A stretch of 64,000 nucleotides of DNA, taken from assembly GCA_963768305.1 (NCBI GenBank), contig CAVYHE010000009.1, positions 64,001 to 128,000 of the forward strand, given 5' to 3'. The DNA comes from an uncultured bacterium (lineage in GTDB: Bacteria > Margulisbacteria > WOR-1 > CAVSGV01). Of this stretch, positions 10,050 to 22,937 are shown one piece after another. Under the pieces are notes generated by a model that saw only the letters and a list, made by a program, of their open reading frames with translations, was not told the origin of the DNA and did not search any database. The stretch's first letter is position 1. Each line of letters starts with the position of its first letter. The translations under genes were made by a program, and so were the position numbers.

Positions 10050-11117
10050 TTAGTCGCGCCCCATGGGGACAGATAACGGCCCGGTATCTATTATCTTTCC
10101 GTTCATCTTTACCGGGGATGCTTTGGCGGCAAGCAGTTTCATCCATTGGATATTGTAATAGATCGGATTTTCGAAATCCGTATATTTGCCCAGTTGCAGA
10201 GCAGCGTAGATCTGTTCTACGGACCGTTCAATGCTGCCCTTAGGCTCAAATCCCAGGACCCTCTTCATCTTTTCTCCGGATATCCTGTAGCTCCTGGATT
10301 CTCTGGCGCCGGATCGAACGTCCACTTTTATCTTCTGTTTCTTGTCAAGGCAGGCTTTTATGACCCCCGCAAGCTCAAGGATCATCAGGTTATCATAAAC
10401 AAGGTTGAATATCTGCCCTTTTACGTCCGGCTCGCGCGCTTCCAGACATTTGATATGCGCCCTGGCCACATCTTTTACCCATACCAAAGGCCTCCAATTC
10501 TCCCCTTCGCAGAATACCGCGATCTTTTTCTTGCTGAAGGCATCCTTTGTCATTGTGTTAACTACAAGGTCCCATCTCATCCTTGGAGACAACCCGAAAA
10601 CCGTTGCCTGGCGCAGGATCACGGGACAAAAATTCTTATCAATCATTTTCAGGAGGGCTTTTTCGGCATCAAGCTTTGATTGCGCATATTCTGACTGGGG
10701 GTTCACGGGGGATCGTTCATCCGCGATGCTGTCAACATGGAAGCCGTAAACAGCGGCGGATGAAGCGAATGTCATTTTCTTTATGCCGGATTCTTTACAG
10801 GCTTCGGCGACGCGTATCGTCCCTTCGCAGTTGATCTCGTGGTTGGCTTTCGGGTCGAATTCGGCAGTAGGATCATTGGATAATGACCCCATGTGGATAA
10901 CGGAAGAACATCCTTTAAGGGCGTTCAATGGAAAGTTCCGGACATCGCCTTTAATCAATTCGAACTTTTTTTGTATGCCAGTAAGATGATCTTTTCCGAA
11001 GATCAGGCTGTCGAACACCCGGACGTCATAACCTTTATTTAACAGCTCTTTGACAAGTATCGAGCCGATGTAGCCGGCACCGCCGGTGACAAGGATCTTC
11101 TTCTTTTTATCTGTCAT
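10050..11117 (-). CDS. NAD-dependent epimerase/dehydratase (extended SDR)
   Basis: GGAGYIG, SSAAVYG, YAQSK, TVFGLSPRMRWDLVVN. Confidence 0.9.
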   Translation of the reverse strand: MTDKKKKILVTGGAGYIGSILVKELLNKGYDVRVFDSLIFGKDHLTGIQKKFELIKGDVRNFPLNALKGCSSVIHMGSLSNDPTAEFDPKANHEINCEGTIRVAEACKESGIKKMTFASSAAVYGFHVDSIADERSPVNPQSEYAQSKLDAEKALLKMIDKNFCPVILRQATVFGLSPRMRWDLVVNTMTKDAFSKKKIAVFCEGENWRPLVWVKDVARAHIKCLEAREPDVKGQIFNLVYDNLMILELAGVIKACLDKKQKIKVDVRSGARESRSYRISGEKMKRVLGFEPKGSIERSVEQIYAALQLGKYTDFENPIYYNIQWMKLLAAKASPVKMNGKIIDTGPLSVPMGRD

Positions 11118-11140
11118 GTTGTCCTTTCAGTAACTGTATG

Positions 11141-11169
11141 ATTTTACAGCTGCTAGAATTAAAAATCAA
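11141..11169 (-). promoter_or_regulatory. Sigma70-type promoter upstream of the epimerase
   Basis: TTGATT-N17-TAAAAT. Confidence 0.5.
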
Positions 11170-11179
11170 TGAACAGGAT

Positions 11180-12760
11180 TCATTTGCTGAAATAATACAG
11201 GTCCATCCTGTTCTCATTGACATTATGCGGTTTTATTCTGAGTTTTGATGCAAGCGTCATCCTGTAAGGAACGAACCCTTTTGCATAGACCAGGCCGTAT
11301 TTATGCGACAATTCCCTTACTAGCCGGTTCCTGCCATTGTCATGAATGGATGTTACAAGAAAGAAACGGTTTATCCCTCCGTTCATATCAGAGGCTAAAA
11401 TAACGGGGATGTTCTTGTGCGGCAGCACGTTCAGATAATATTCCATAAGCCTGAAGCTGCTGAAATAGTCCCCGGCAACAACAACATCTCCGGGCCTGAA
11501 ACGGGCCGTTATCTGTTCCGCTACCTGTTTCCAGGGCTCTATCCTGTTGGAGTTATGGTATTCCGCCAGGGAAAAATAATTATGAATGGATACAAAGTTC
11601 ACAAGCAATATCACGGCAAGCAGCAGGTATCTTAATATGGGCCGCGCCCTGGAGACAGCGTATGACGCCAGCATTATGGAGAATGGGAGGCTGCCGATGA
11701 GGAAATTCGGGAGCGTGTCTTTTAAAAATATCGCTGAGACAACGGGCGGGAACAAGGCCAGCACCGAACACAGGATCAAGCCCTCGCCGCCGTCCCAATT
11801 CTTTGCAAGCAGAAATAATATGACAAGACTGGCGAGAATGCCGGGTATCACGACCGGATAATTCCATGGCGCGACCGTTTCGCCGAAAAATTGCGCAAAG
11901 ACAGACAAAGCGAACCTGCAGGCAAAATTATATGACGAGGAAGGGAAAAAATTTACGCCTTTCACTACCACATCAAAATTAGCAAGCGCAACACTTACAA
12001 GCTTTGGCACAAGTACGACAAAACAAAGGAACTGGATAAGAAATACTTTCATCAGGCTTCTAAAATCTTTTTTGGAACACAGATATAATGTGTAGACTGA
12101 TTGGGATGCAATCGTCAAGATACCGTATATATGGGTGCAGACCAGAAGAAGAGAGAAGAAAAAACAGCCCAGCCAGTTCATTTTATTTTCTTCCCGGATA
12201 AGCCTGACAAAATACCACGTCGATAAAAGGGAGAGGAGCAAAAGAAGGCTGTAAGTCCTTATTTCCTGCGAATACATGAGATGGAATGAAGAAAAACACA
12301 GCAACAAAGCGGAATAAAATGCCGTTCTTTCGTTAAAGAGCCTGCGCGCAAGGAAATAGATGAGGGGAATGGAGAGAACACCGAAGACGACCGACAGCCC
12401 CCTTAAAGAAGGCTCGCTCAGACCGAAAACGAAGGACCATAAACAGAGCAAAGCATAATAAAGGGGCATTTGTGTATCATCAAAATAAAAATGTGACGTT
12501 GATGCCCTTATCATTCCCGATATATCAGAAACAGAAAACCTGAAATCGTGAAGAATGAATTTATAAGATTTGAAAAGGCTGTCGACCTCATCTCCCCATA
12601 AACTGCGGAAAGATATATGATAGACGCGCAAAAGCAATCCCGCTGTGACTATCAGCAGTAATATCAAATTTCCCTTTGAGATCTTAAACCGCTTGATCAT
12701 TTGGACCATTTTCTTATCTCTCCCGTTTTGCATCAGGAAATCAATCAGTATATCCTCCAA
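11180..12760 (-). CDS. GT-C fold (PMT/ArnT-like, GT39/83-type) membrane glycosyltransferase
   Basis: LLLR..SLWGDE, PLYY, SLRGLSV, YSQEIRTY motifs; many TM helices; exact start uncertain. Confidence 0.8.
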   Translation of the reverse strand: MEDILIDFLMQNGRDKKMVQMIKRFKISKGNLILLLIVTAGLLLRVYHISFRSLWGDEVDSLFKSYKFILHDFRFSVSDISGMIRASTSHFYFDDTQMPLYYALLCLWSFVFGLSEPSLRGLSVVFGVLSIPLIYFLARRLFNERTAFYSALLLCFSSFHLMYSQEIRTYSLLLLLSLLSTWYFVRLIREENKMNWLGCFFFSLLLVCTHIYGILTIASQSVYTLYLCSKKDFRSLMKVFLIQFLCFVVLVPKLVSVALANFDVVVKGVNFFPSSSYNFACRFALSVFAQFFGETVAPWNYPVVIPGILASLVILFLLAKNWDGGEGLILCSVLALFPPVVSAIFLKDTLPNFLIGSLPFSIMLASYAVSRARPILRYLLLAVILLVNFVSIHNYFSLAEYHNSNRIEPWKQVAEQITARFRPGDVVVAGDYFSSFRLMEYYLNVLPHKNIPVILASDMNGGINRFFLVTSIHDNGRNRLVRELSHKYGLVYAKGFVPYRMTLASKLRIKPHNVNENRMDLYYFSK

Positions 12761-12769
12761 GACAACAAA

Positions 12770-14177
12770 TTATTTGATCTTTACCAGCCTGCTGTTTTTA
12801 TAATCAAAGACCGCGGCATTTTTTTCTTTGAGCGCCGATCTTATGGCTCTGCTGTCCGTCTCCTTTATGTCTATCCCGCCGGTCCCATACCACAAATATA
12901 ACATATATTTGATTTCATCCTCTCTTATGGGAAGGTCAGCAAAATAATATATCTTATTCCTGTCCAATACAGGTGTTTGTTTTTTAAAATCAATAAGAAT
13001 ATCCTTACGGATCTCTTTTTTAAAATAGAAAATCCTCTGGCAGGCTATCATCCCTCCTAAATACACAATGATCAAAGCAAGCGCCATTACAGCGATGCTG
13101 GCTCTCGCGAGCTTTGTTCTGGCTTGATCGTAGAAATGGACTATAAAGACCGCCAGAAGCGCGGAATAGCCTGCTGAAGCTAGATATAAATATCTTGAAG
13201 TATGAGCGGTTGTAAAGAAAGTAAAAGGCAAAAGAACAATAAAAGGCCAGATAGTGAAGAATTTAACGGGCTTTGAGCCTTTAATTATCAAAAATGCCGC
13301 GCCGGCAGGAGCGATAAAATATAACGCATATTTAATAAAAATGATGGTTTGTAATACCGCATTTGGGATCAAACGCGGATGATCTATATTGGATGGTCGC
13401 GGGAATGATCAATGTGGAAACATATTCAAGTAAATTCGGGATAAAATGCGCACCAAAAACATATTGCCCGGACATAGGCCCGGTTAAAAGGAAATATTTT
13501 GTCGCTCCATTAATGCATATATAGAGGGCCAGGATCATCAAATATGGGGCTAGCTTTTTCAAATCTTTGATCGCATATTGTTCACTATTGAAATAATCTA
13601 AAAGAAACACCATGAATATCAGGATGATCGATCCTTCATGACAGGATAGGGCGACAAAGTATAATAAAGCAGATAATATTAGATAGAGTTTTTTTTCGTT
13701 CTGCAGATATTGATGAAATAAAATAAGTGCCGAAAGAAATGCTGTCGCCATCATAAGATGATTTATCGGATTCAGCCAGCCTATCGCTTCCCAGTTGCCG
13801 GGGAAGACGGTAAAAATAACGCCTGCCAGCATCCCCGCATTTTTGTTCTTAGTTATCCTGGAAACCAAGGTATACAAAAGGAATCCGTTCAAGAAATGGA
13901 ACAAAAAGTTAACAATATAATATCCATGGTAATTCAATTTGAATATCGCGTAATTGATGCTGAAGATAAGATAGAATACCGGACGAAAAAAGTCATGGAA
14001 GGAAAGATACGCTATTTTTGATAATAGGGCCATCGGATTTGAAGCAATGGTCATGAATATGTAATAAAAATCATCCGCAAAAAAGAATGAGGGGAATATC
14101 TGGGAGAAAATGATCAGGTTCAATACGGCCAATATCGATATGATCAGGATATCTTTATTTAATTTAAAATCGGGCAT
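12770..14177 (-). CDS. GT-C-like polytopic membrane protein, split by +1 indel at ~13372
   Basis: FFADDF, FFRPV, YYIVNFLFH, LSCHEGS; deleting one T joins ...SSA-LIPNAVLQ... into one ~468 aa ORF with a SRYLY motif. Confidence 0.7.
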
Positions 14178-15146
14178 CTAAACGAACCACTTTCTTATTT
14201 CTCTTGCTCCGACCCTGGCTTTCTTCATAATAACGGCTCTTTTGCGCAATGTTAAAGGCAATAATGCCAAAATCCTAAACCACGCGATGAATAAATGCGG
14301 CTCCCGGAAGATCACATATAATAGCGCCTTGAACTCATGCCAGAGGATATATGGCAGGTCTTTCAGGAAATTGGCCAGATGATCGTTCTTGAGCATCATC
14401 AAATATCTGTTCTTGAACGATTCTCTTCTGATGGATCGCGGCACCTGGGCCCTTTTTGTCCCTTTCCCCCACCCCCTTGCGTGGTAAGCAACGGCGTCCG
14501 GAACATAAAAGAACTTCCAGCCTCTGAGGCGCGCTCTCCAGCAAAGGTCCAGTTCTTCTTTATACGCGTAAAAGGTCGTGTCAAAATATTCCCCGAAAAG
14601 CTTTATGTCTTCCAGCATTTTCCTTCTGCACAGCATTGCCGCGCCGCTGGGAGAAAATATCTCGCTTTCTTCGTCAAACTGCCCGATATCTTTTTGTCCC
14701 TGTCCCCTGTCCATCGTCCGCCTGTTCCTGTAAATGATCACACCGGTAGAATCGATGATGTTTTTATTTTCTGATTTTGAACCTGATATCAGTTTGCCCA
14801 TAACAGCGCCGGCAGTCGGATCCGAATCAAGCACTTTCACAAGCCGTTCGACGTGTCCTTTTAATAGGAAAACATCAGCGTTAAGGACGAATATGTATTT
14901 GCCATTGCTCTTATCAATGACCATGTTATGGTTCTCGCAAAAGCTTTTCATCCTGTCATTGCGGATGACATTCATTTCGCGGAAATCCTTCTCGAGCATT
15001 TGTGAAGTGCCATCATTTGAGAAATTGTCAACCACGAACACTTCGTAGTTGAGATTTGAAAACACGCCATCACGGATGGAGTTGAGGCAATCGCGCAACA
15101 TTTCGCGTTCATTGGTTGAGATTATTGAGATCGTTACATCGGCCAT
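14178..15146 (-). CDS. Glycosyltransferase family 2
   Basis: VDNFSNDGT, LNADV, SGAAML, YKEELDLCWR. Confidence 0.9.
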   Translation of the reverse strand: MADVTISIISTNEREMLRDCLNSIRDGVFSNLNYEVFVVDNFSNDGTSQMLEKDFREMNVIRNDRMKSFCENHNMVIDKSNGKYIFVLNADVFLLKGHVERLVKVLDSDPTAGAVMGKLISGSKSENKNIIDSTGVIIYRNRRTMDRGQGQKDIGQFDEESEIFSPSGAAMLCRRKMLEDIKLFGEYFDTTFYAYKEELDLCWRARLRGWKFFYVPDAVAYHARGWGKGTKRAQVPRSIRRESFKNRYLMMLKNDHLANFLKDLPYILWHEFKALLYVIFREPHLFIAWFRILALLPLTLRKRAVIMKKARVGAREIRKWFV

Positions 15147-15170
15147 TTTAGTTCCCTGTGAAAAGATTTA

Positions 15171-16577
15171 TTATACACTTACTTTAGTCCGCTCCCGCAC
15201 AAAAAGATCGAAAACATAAAAGAACAGCACATTCCAGGCAAAATCGAATAATATGAAGCCATTGGCATAAATTGAGAATATTATATTCCAGGCAAAATAA
15301 GAATAAAAGAAAACGTTGAAAAGGGAAGGTTTTGTCCTTACCCGCCAATATATCAAAGAAGAAAAAACCCCGATTAAAAAAGGAAAAAGGACAATACCTA
15401 TAATACCAAAATCCATATAAGGTTCACTTAAATACGTTCCGGTTGCCCATTCAGCCCCGGGACTCAGGCCAGCAGTTAATCCTTCATATCCTCTCTCCCT
15501 GAATCCGAAAAGCGCCCGCAATGGATAAAGAGAATACCAACCGTAGCCAAAAGGGAATCTATTCCCCGCCCCCTCAAGCACTTTTTCAAAAACCCAAAAA
15601 TTCATGGAAATACTAAGATATCCCGGAGCCACCCAGGCATTGCTCTGAGAAAATCCGACATTTTCTAAATAGTCAAAAGGCAAAATATTTCTTGCGACGG
15701 CGACGGAAATAACAAGGAGCAGAAAAACAGAAATGCACAGAATGACGAGCATCTTTTTATTTATTTTTCTGACGAGATAATTATAACCGATCAAGACAGG
15801 CATGATCATATTCGCCAGGAAAAGCCTGCTTGCAGTCAAAGCGATAAAAGCAAGAGAAAAAACAGAAAAAACCAAAGGAAGGAAGTTCTTTAATATGCCC
15901 GCTCTTTTCTTAATCATCATGTAATAACAGCTTAAGATAAAAACATTCACCATGCTCAAAGCAATCCTATGGACAAAGCTGTTAACAGCCATATCGGCCC
16001 GTACAGTATCGGCATACAGCCCTGTAAGGCCGGCAAATAAAGGGAAAGCGCCTGCATAATTAAATTCACATAAAAGCATAAGCGCGGATATAATAAACAT
16101 AAAAGATAAAACTAACTTTGTCTTGAAATTATTCCAGGTGAATTTTATAACGCTTATTATTTTTGTCTGGCACACGAATGTTCGCTTATTCATTAAATCG
16201 ACAATAAAGATTCCTGCGTAAAAGGCCAAAATGCTTAACAGAATATTTAGCCATAAATATGGCGACCAAGGGTCTTCATATATGCTTAATCTTAAATTGC
16301 TTATTCCTATCGCAAAAAACCATGCCGCAGTAAAGATCGGGGCAGGCGAAAAGAGATCTTTGTTCCCCCTAACTGAATAAAAAACGGCAATAGCGGAGAG
16401 AAAAATAAAATAGAGTACGACTGCAAGATTGAAATTAATAAAACAAATTAGAAGGACTGACAAAGTTGCCAAAAGATAAAGGAAGATGTTCGGGGATACC
16501 AGCAACAGATACAATATTTGAATGAAAACAAATAAAGTAAAATTCATTAAAACAATGCCGTCAATTGAGCCGTTCAA
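15171..16577 (-). CDS. wzy: Oligosaccharide repeat unit polymerase (Wzy-like)
   Basis: More than 10 hydrophobic segments, AT-rich, TYLSEPYMDFGIIG motif, TTG start with AGGAG RBS, located in the glycan locus. Confidence 0.7.
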   Translation of the reverse strand: MNGSIDGIVLMNFTLFVFIQILYLLLVSPNIFLYLLATLSVLLICFINFNLAVVLYFIFLSAIAVFYSVRGNKDLFSPAPIFTAAWFFAIGISNLRLSIYEDPWSPYLWLNILLSILAFYAGIFIVDLMNKRTFVCQTKIISVIKFTWNNFKTKLVLSFMFIISALMLLCEFNYAGAFPLFAGLTGLYADTVRADMAVNSFVHRIALSMVNVFILSCYYMMIKKRAGILKNFLPLVFSVFSLAFIALTASRLFLANMIMPVLIGYNYLVRKINKKMLVILCISVFLLLVISVAVARNILPFDYLENVGFSQSNAWVAPGYLSISMNFWVFEKVLEGAGNRFPFGYGWYSLYPLRALFGFRERGYEGLTAGLSPGAEWATGTYLSEPYMDFGIIGIVLFPFLIGVFSSLIYWRVRTKPSLFNVFFYSYFAWNIIFSIYANGFILFDFAWNVLFFYVFDLFVRERTKVSV

Positions 16578-16616
16578 TATTTTCTCCTATTATGCACAAG
16601 CAAAACATTCGAAGAT

Positions 16617-17512
16617 TCAATATTTCTCCGACCTGCCTGTTATTCCGCTTTTAAAATCATTGATCGCATCCAGGACAGCCATTGCCCTTCCCTTTTTCCC
16701 GCTTAAAGCCAGAAATGTATACAAAAAATAATATTTCAAAATGGCCAGGGGCAATATCGCAGGATAATACTTCTTGAATATGTACATGGTGTTTCTCCTT
16801 GAATAATATGTGTTGCGCGGGGATCCTCCCCTCCCGTGGAAGAAGACACCTTATGCCATACTTTGGCTTCGGGAATGAAAAAGATCCTGTATCCTGCCAT
16901 TTTCGCGCGAATGCAATATTCTGAATCTTCAGCAGTAGTAAAGAACTTTTCATCCAAATACCCTATCTTTTCTATTACTTCCTTCCTGATAAGCATCGCG
17001 CAGGCGGACACCTCATCCACATTTTTAAGTTTTGAAAATCGATCGGAATCTTTTTCCCTGTATCCTATAAACAACGGGCGCATGAATATCCTGTCGTACC
17101 TGACGCCTGCCGACCAGATGATATTGGTCTGGCCGTAATAGTAGATCTTGGGGCCTGCAATGCCGACCGAGGTATCGCTTTCAAAGGATCCAACAAGCTT
17201 TGAAAGCATATTGCCGTCCACAACAGTGTCATTATTTAAAAGCAGAATATATGAAGGGCCGTCTTTTAGCGCCTCTTTTATCCCCACATTATTCCCCTCG
17301 GCGAACCCGAGATTTTCCCTATTCCTGATCAATTTAATGTGCGGGAATGCTCGGGCGATCTTTTCCGCCGAGCCATCCTCGGAGCCGTTATCAACAACTA
17401 TGACCTCATAGTTTGGATAATCGATCTTCTTGAGCGAATCAAGGCATTCTTTCGTGTCTTCGAAGTTATTCCAGTTCAATATTACGATAGCAACTTTTCT
17501 GTTATCTGCCAT
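16617..17512 (-). CDS. Glycosyltransferase family 2 (single-base deletion near 16820)
   Basis: ILNWN, VDNGSEDGS, GFAEGNN, LLNNDT; adding one base restores GGEDSPRNTYYSRRN...GRSEKY* ending at 16617. Confidence 0.85.
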
Positions 17513-17544
17513 TTTTGTCCCGCGATCAGGATGCTCCTGCCCTT

Positions 17545-18975
17545 TTATATCTGCTTAAGGATTATCTTTTTCAATAGATCCCAATCATCCTGGCCGATCG
17601 CCCTGAAAACGATCAATGACACGGCATACAACGAACCGCCAAGAATAATCTTCAATATCACACTGGATGAATGGAAATTCATCAGGAACAGGCCCATTAA
17701 ACAGATCGATAAGAATATCTGCAGCAGTTTGCTTATTGAGACCTTGAATCCCAGCATTTTATAGGCTAAAACCGTAAAAAGCGTGAGCATCACTAATTCC
17801 GAGATCACCACGGCGATAGCAGTGGCAAAATATCCGTATCTCCCGATGAACAGGAGATTAAAAATCACGTTGACCGATAATCCCGCGCCATAAATAAAAA
17901 GGCTTTCCATTTGTCGGTTTATGCTCACAAAACTGCATGATATAAGACCGCTTAAGCATGTGAGCGGCAAAGCCCAGATAACTATTTTCAAGGCCGGTAT
18001 CGCTCCCGCATACCCTGTGCCAAAGAGCAATGTTATTAACGGCGCGGCCAGGAGCATGCCTCCCAAAGAAATGGCCGCCGTAAGCATAAGGATATAATAG
18101 AACGACCTTGCAAGGAAACGATGAAAGTATCCGTCGCTCATATTCACGGAAAAATTGGAAAACGCGGGGAACGCGACCGACATATACAGGAATACTATAT
18201 TCCTTACGAACAACATGATCTTGCTGGCAGCGGAATACAGCCCGACTTGTTGAGAATTTTTCATCTGGAAAAGGATTATTTTGTCAACATACAGGAACAA
18301 TATCGTTACAAGGGACAGCAACCCGATCACGATCGCCGAGGATAATATCCCCTTTATCAATTTCGCGTCCAAACTGAATCGGAACCGGACCAGCCTTAAC
18401 GCCAGAACAAACCCGATCATCGAAACAAGCAAATAAAGCAATATCCAGGCCCCGGCTAATACAACAAGCCCTTTTTTAAGGGCGATTATTATCAGGACAA
18501 AAACAAGCGATATGCTCCCCAGGGAAATATTGAGCAGGGCGTCATATTCAAATATTTGACGCGCCTGGAATATCCACCTGTAACTCAACTGGAGCATATA
18601 AATCAAACCCGTGATCGTAAAAAGGAACAGGATCTTAGCTTCCAGCGGGTCTTTCTTTAATAAAAGAATGGCGAATGAAGCAACAAGAAAAACAATTATG
18701 GCCATCAGGACCTTTAAAGTGAATATATTGCTGAAATATTCCTGGGTCTTGGACAGGTCTTTTGCTATCTCTCTCGTCGCGACAGTGGCAAAACCCAGAT
18801 CGCTAAAAGCCACACAAACGGCGATATATGACAGGGAGTAAGAGAACAATCCATACGCGGAACTCCCTAAATATCTGGCAAGGATAATAGTGAATACAAG
18901 GGAAAGAAGCGAAACTATTATTGCGCCGGAAAAATTAATGATGAGGTTTTTGAAGATCGTTCTGACTTTTGGCAT
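17545..18975 (-). CDS. wzx: Wzx-type polysaccharide flippase
   Basis: ARYLG..YG, DLG...TREIA, VGLYSAA motifs; about 14 TM segments. Confidence 0.9.
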   Translation of the reverse strand: MPKVRTIFKNLIINFSGAIIVSLLSLVFTIILARYLGSSAYGLFSYSLSYIAVCVAFSDLGFATVATREIAKDLSKTQEYFSNIFTLKVLMAIIVFLVASFAILLLKKDPLEAKILFLFTITGLIYMLQLSYRWIFQARQIFEYDALLNISLGSISLVFVLIIIALKKGLVVLAGAWILLYLLVSMIGFVLALRLVRFRFSLDAKLIKGILSSAIVIGLLSLVTILFLYVDKIILFQMKNSQQVGLYSAASKIMLFVRNIVFLYMSVAFPAFSNFSVNMSDGYFHRFLARSFYYILMLTAAISLGGMLLAAPLITLLFGTGYAGAIPALKIVIWALPLTCLSGLISCSFVSINRQMESLFIYGAGLSVNVIFNLLFIGRYGYFATAIAVVISELVMLTLFTVLAYKMLGFKVSISKLLQIFLSICLMGLFLMNFHSSSVILKIILGGSLYAVSLIVFRAIGQDDWDLLKKIILKQI

Positions 18976-18979
18976 GCCA

Positions 18980-19903
18980 TTATCCGTTGAAGCATTCTAT
19001 CGTTTTCCTCAGTCCTTCTTCCAGCCCTACAACAGGCGACCACTCCAGTTCGGTTTTTGCTTTTGTTATATCGGGACGTCTTTGTTTGGGATCATCCTGA
19101 GGAAGGGGCTTGTGGACGATCTTAGACCTGCTGCCGGACAGCTTAATGATCAAATTCGCAAAATCGATTATCTGCAGTTCTTTAGGACTTCCGAGATTGA
19201 TGGGCCCCATCACTTTCGCATACATCATCTTGTATATCCCGGAGATCAGGTCGGAAATATAACAGAAGCTCCTTGTCTGGCTCCCATCCCCGTAAATGGT
19301 CAAAGGCTGGCCCGTGAGCGCCTGCTTTATGAAATTCGGGACGACCCTCCCGTCGTCCAGCGCCATCCTAGGGCCGTATGTGTTGAATATCCTGGTGATC
19401 TTCGTATCGACAAGCTTTTCTCTCTTATAAGCAGAGGTCAACGCTTCGGCGAACCTTTTTGCTTCATCATAAACCGATCTTGGACCGATAATGCTGACAT
19501 TGCCGAAATATCCCTCATTCTGGGGCGAGACTTCCGGGTCGCCGTAGACTTCGGACGTTGAAGCCAGAAGGAATTTGGCTTTTTTCTTTTTAGCAAGTTC
19601 AAGAAGATTCTTGGTCCCGGCAGACCCGGCATCCAGGGTCTCCAGCGGATAGTTCAAATAATCCACCGGACTGGCGAGAGAAGCAAAATGAAGGATAAAG
19701 TCTATCCTTCCTGCGATCTTAAGCGGCCTTACCACGTCATGTTTTATGAATTCGAATCTTTTGTTCTGCATGTTGTGTTTTATGTTCTTTATGTCGCCTG
19801 AAAGAAGATTGTCAACACATATGACATAATGACCTTTTTCAAGCAGAAGGTCACAAAGATGCGATCCTATGAAACCCGCGCCGCCCGTCAACAATATTTT
19901 CAT
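18980..19903 (-). CDS. UDP-glucuronate decarboxylase (UDP-xylose synthase) family SDR
   Basis: [56 protein letters not shown]. Confidence 0.9.
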   Translation of the reverse strand: MKILLTGGAGFIGSHLCDLLLEKGHYVICVDNLLSGDIKNIKHNMQNKRFEFIKHDVVRPLKIAGRIDFILHFASLASPVDYLNYPLETLDAGSAGTKNLLELAKKKKAKFLLASTSEVYGDPEVSPQNEGYFGNVSIIGPRSVYDEAKRFAEALTSAYKREKLVDTKITRIFNTYGPRMALDDGRVVPNFIKQALTGQPLTIYGDGSQTRSFCYISDLISGIYKMMYAKVMGPINLGSPKELQIIDFANLIIKLSGSRSKIVHKPLPQDDPKQRRPDITKAKTELEWSPVVGLEEGLRKTIECFNG

Positions 19904-19941
19904 TTATATCACGCCTTTTTCGAATCCATTGCCAGGAAGGA

Positions 19942-21252
<1,311 letters not shown>

Positions 21253-21255
21253 TAT

Positions 21256-21975
21256 TTATACCTCCAGAACTTTATGCTGAACGGCGATAATATCTTTTAT
21301 TCCCGCAGCTGCAAGATCAAGGAGTTCGTCCAGTGTCCTTTTATTAAAAGGGTCCCTCTCAGCAGTTCCCTGGACCTCCACGAATTTCCCTGATTCTGTC
21401 ATGACCACGTTCATATCCACGTTCGCCCGCGAATCCTCCTCATAATTCAGATCAAGGTATTTGCTTCCGCCTATCACGCCTACCGATGTTGCCGCAAGGA
21501 ATTCATTTATCGGGTTCTTTTTTATTTTATTCTCCGACATCAATTTCCCGACGGCGTCATGAAGCGCGACAAAAGCCCCGGTAATGGACGCCGTTCTTGT
21601 GCCTCCGTCCGCCTGAATGACATCTGAGTCTATCAATATCGAGATCTCTCCCATGGATTCAAGGTCCACAACGGCCCTTAAAGCCCTTCCGATCAGTCGC
21701 TGAATTTCCAGCGTCCTTCCCTTCACTTTCCCTAAATGATTGTCCCGCGTCGCCCTTTCAAGTGTGGACCCCGGGATCATAGAATATTCGGCGGTGATCC
21801 ATCCGCCGCCGGAACCTTTCCGGTGGTTCGGCACGCTATTCTCGATGATGGCGGTGCATATGACCTTTGTATCCCCGCACTGGACAAGGACCGAGCCATC
21901 CGGATACTTTAAATAGTTACGGATTATCGATAATTTTCTCAATTCATCCGCCGCGCGCCCGTCCAAGCGTTTCAT
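21256..21975 (-). CDS. rph: Ribonuclease PH
   Basis: [40 protein letters not shown]. Confidence 0.97.
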   Translation of the reverse strand: MKRLDGRAADELRKLSIIRNYLKYPDGSVLVQCGDTKVICTAIIENSVPNHRKGSGGGWITAEYSMIPGSTLERATRDNHLGKVKGRTLEIQRLIGRALRAVVDLESMGEISILIDSDVIQADGGTRTASITGAFVALHDAVGKLMSENKIKKNPINEFLAATSVGVIGGSKYLDLNYEEDSRANVDMNVVMTESGKFVEVQGTAERDPFNKRTLDELLDLAAAGIKDIIAVQHKVLEV

Positions 21976-22442
21976 TTCTCTTCTGCACCTGGTTCCTGCG
22001 AGGAGCCTGTGACGGACTTCCCCAGCATGGCCCTTCCGGCCTTAACGGACCTCAATATCCTGCTGGAAGTCGCCTCCAGGTTCGAGAGGACCTCGTCCGC
22101 GTATTTGTCGGCTCCCATGCGGACCTCTTTCGCGATCTTGTAAGCGTTCTCGATGATCTCAGTGGACTTGCTTTCTTTTTCCGATGAGACCGGAAGCCTC
22201 CCCTTTAATCTCTCCATTTCTTTTTGCGATTCGTCCGCTTCCGTTTCTTCGTGCTTGGATGGATATGCTCTTTTATCCAGGGCTTTTTTCACAAGGTCCC
22301 CTCCGCCCTGCGCCACCAGCCTTATCTTATCGATGACCTGAAGCACTTTTTCTTCATCGATCATCGTCTTTTTAGTAAGAGGAACCCTGAACCCTTCCAG
22401 GATCATAGATTCAAGCGTGTCCAGAAGCCCGAGTATTTCCAT
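21972..22442 (-). CDS. Conserved coiled-coil hypothetical protein of the type commonly found downstream of coaD
   Basis: [16 protein letters not shown]...IDEE N-terminus and [11 protein letters not shown]-terminus; translationally coupled to rph. Confidence 0.7.
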   Translation of the reverse strand: MEILGLLDTLESMILEGFRVPLTKKTMIDEEKVLQVIDKIRLVAQGGGDLVKKALDKRAYPSKHEETEADESQKEMERLKGRLPVSSEKESKSTEIIENAYKIAKEVRMGADKYADEVLSNLEATSSRILRSVKAGRAMLGKSVTGSSQEPGAEEK

Positions 22443-22457
22443 GTTATCCCTCCTAAA

Positions 22458-22937
22458 TTATGATCTTTCGCATCGCTTCAATTTTTTCAGGACAATATCC
22501 GGCACAAGCCCTGAAACATTCCCTCCGAGACGCGAAATTTGCTTCACCAAGCTTGAGCTGAGGTAGGAATATTTATAATCTGTCATGATGAATATCGTTT
22601 CTACCTCCGGGCACATACGCAGGTTTGTTAGCGCCATCTGGAACTCGTAATCAAAATCCGATACCGCTCTTAATCCTCTAACGATCGCACATGCTTTTTT
22701 CGATTTTGCGTAATCCACAAGAAGGCCGTCAAAGCTGTCGATCTTTATTTTTTTCATGCCCCCTACTGCGTCCTTCAGCATTTTATACCTTTCACCGATG
22801 TCAAAGAACGGGGTTTTATCGGGATTAACTATGATGGCTACATATACGCGATCGAATATTTTCGAGGCTCTTTTGATGATATCTATATGGCCATTGGTTA
22901 CCGGATCAAAACTGCCGGGATAAACCGCGATTTTCAT
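22458..22937 (-). CDS. coaD: Phosphopantetheine adenylyltransferase
   Basis: YPGSFDPVTNGH, RGLRAVSDFDYE, SSSLVK. Confidence 0.97.
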   Translation of the reverse strand: MKIAVYPGSFDPVTNGHIDIIKRASKIFDRVYVAIIVNPDKTPFFDIGERYKMLKDAVGGMKKIKIDSFDGLLVDYAKSKKACAIVRGLRAVSDFDYEFQMALTNLRMCPEVETIFIMTDYKYSYLSSSLVKQISRLGGNVSGLVPDIVLKKLKRCERS

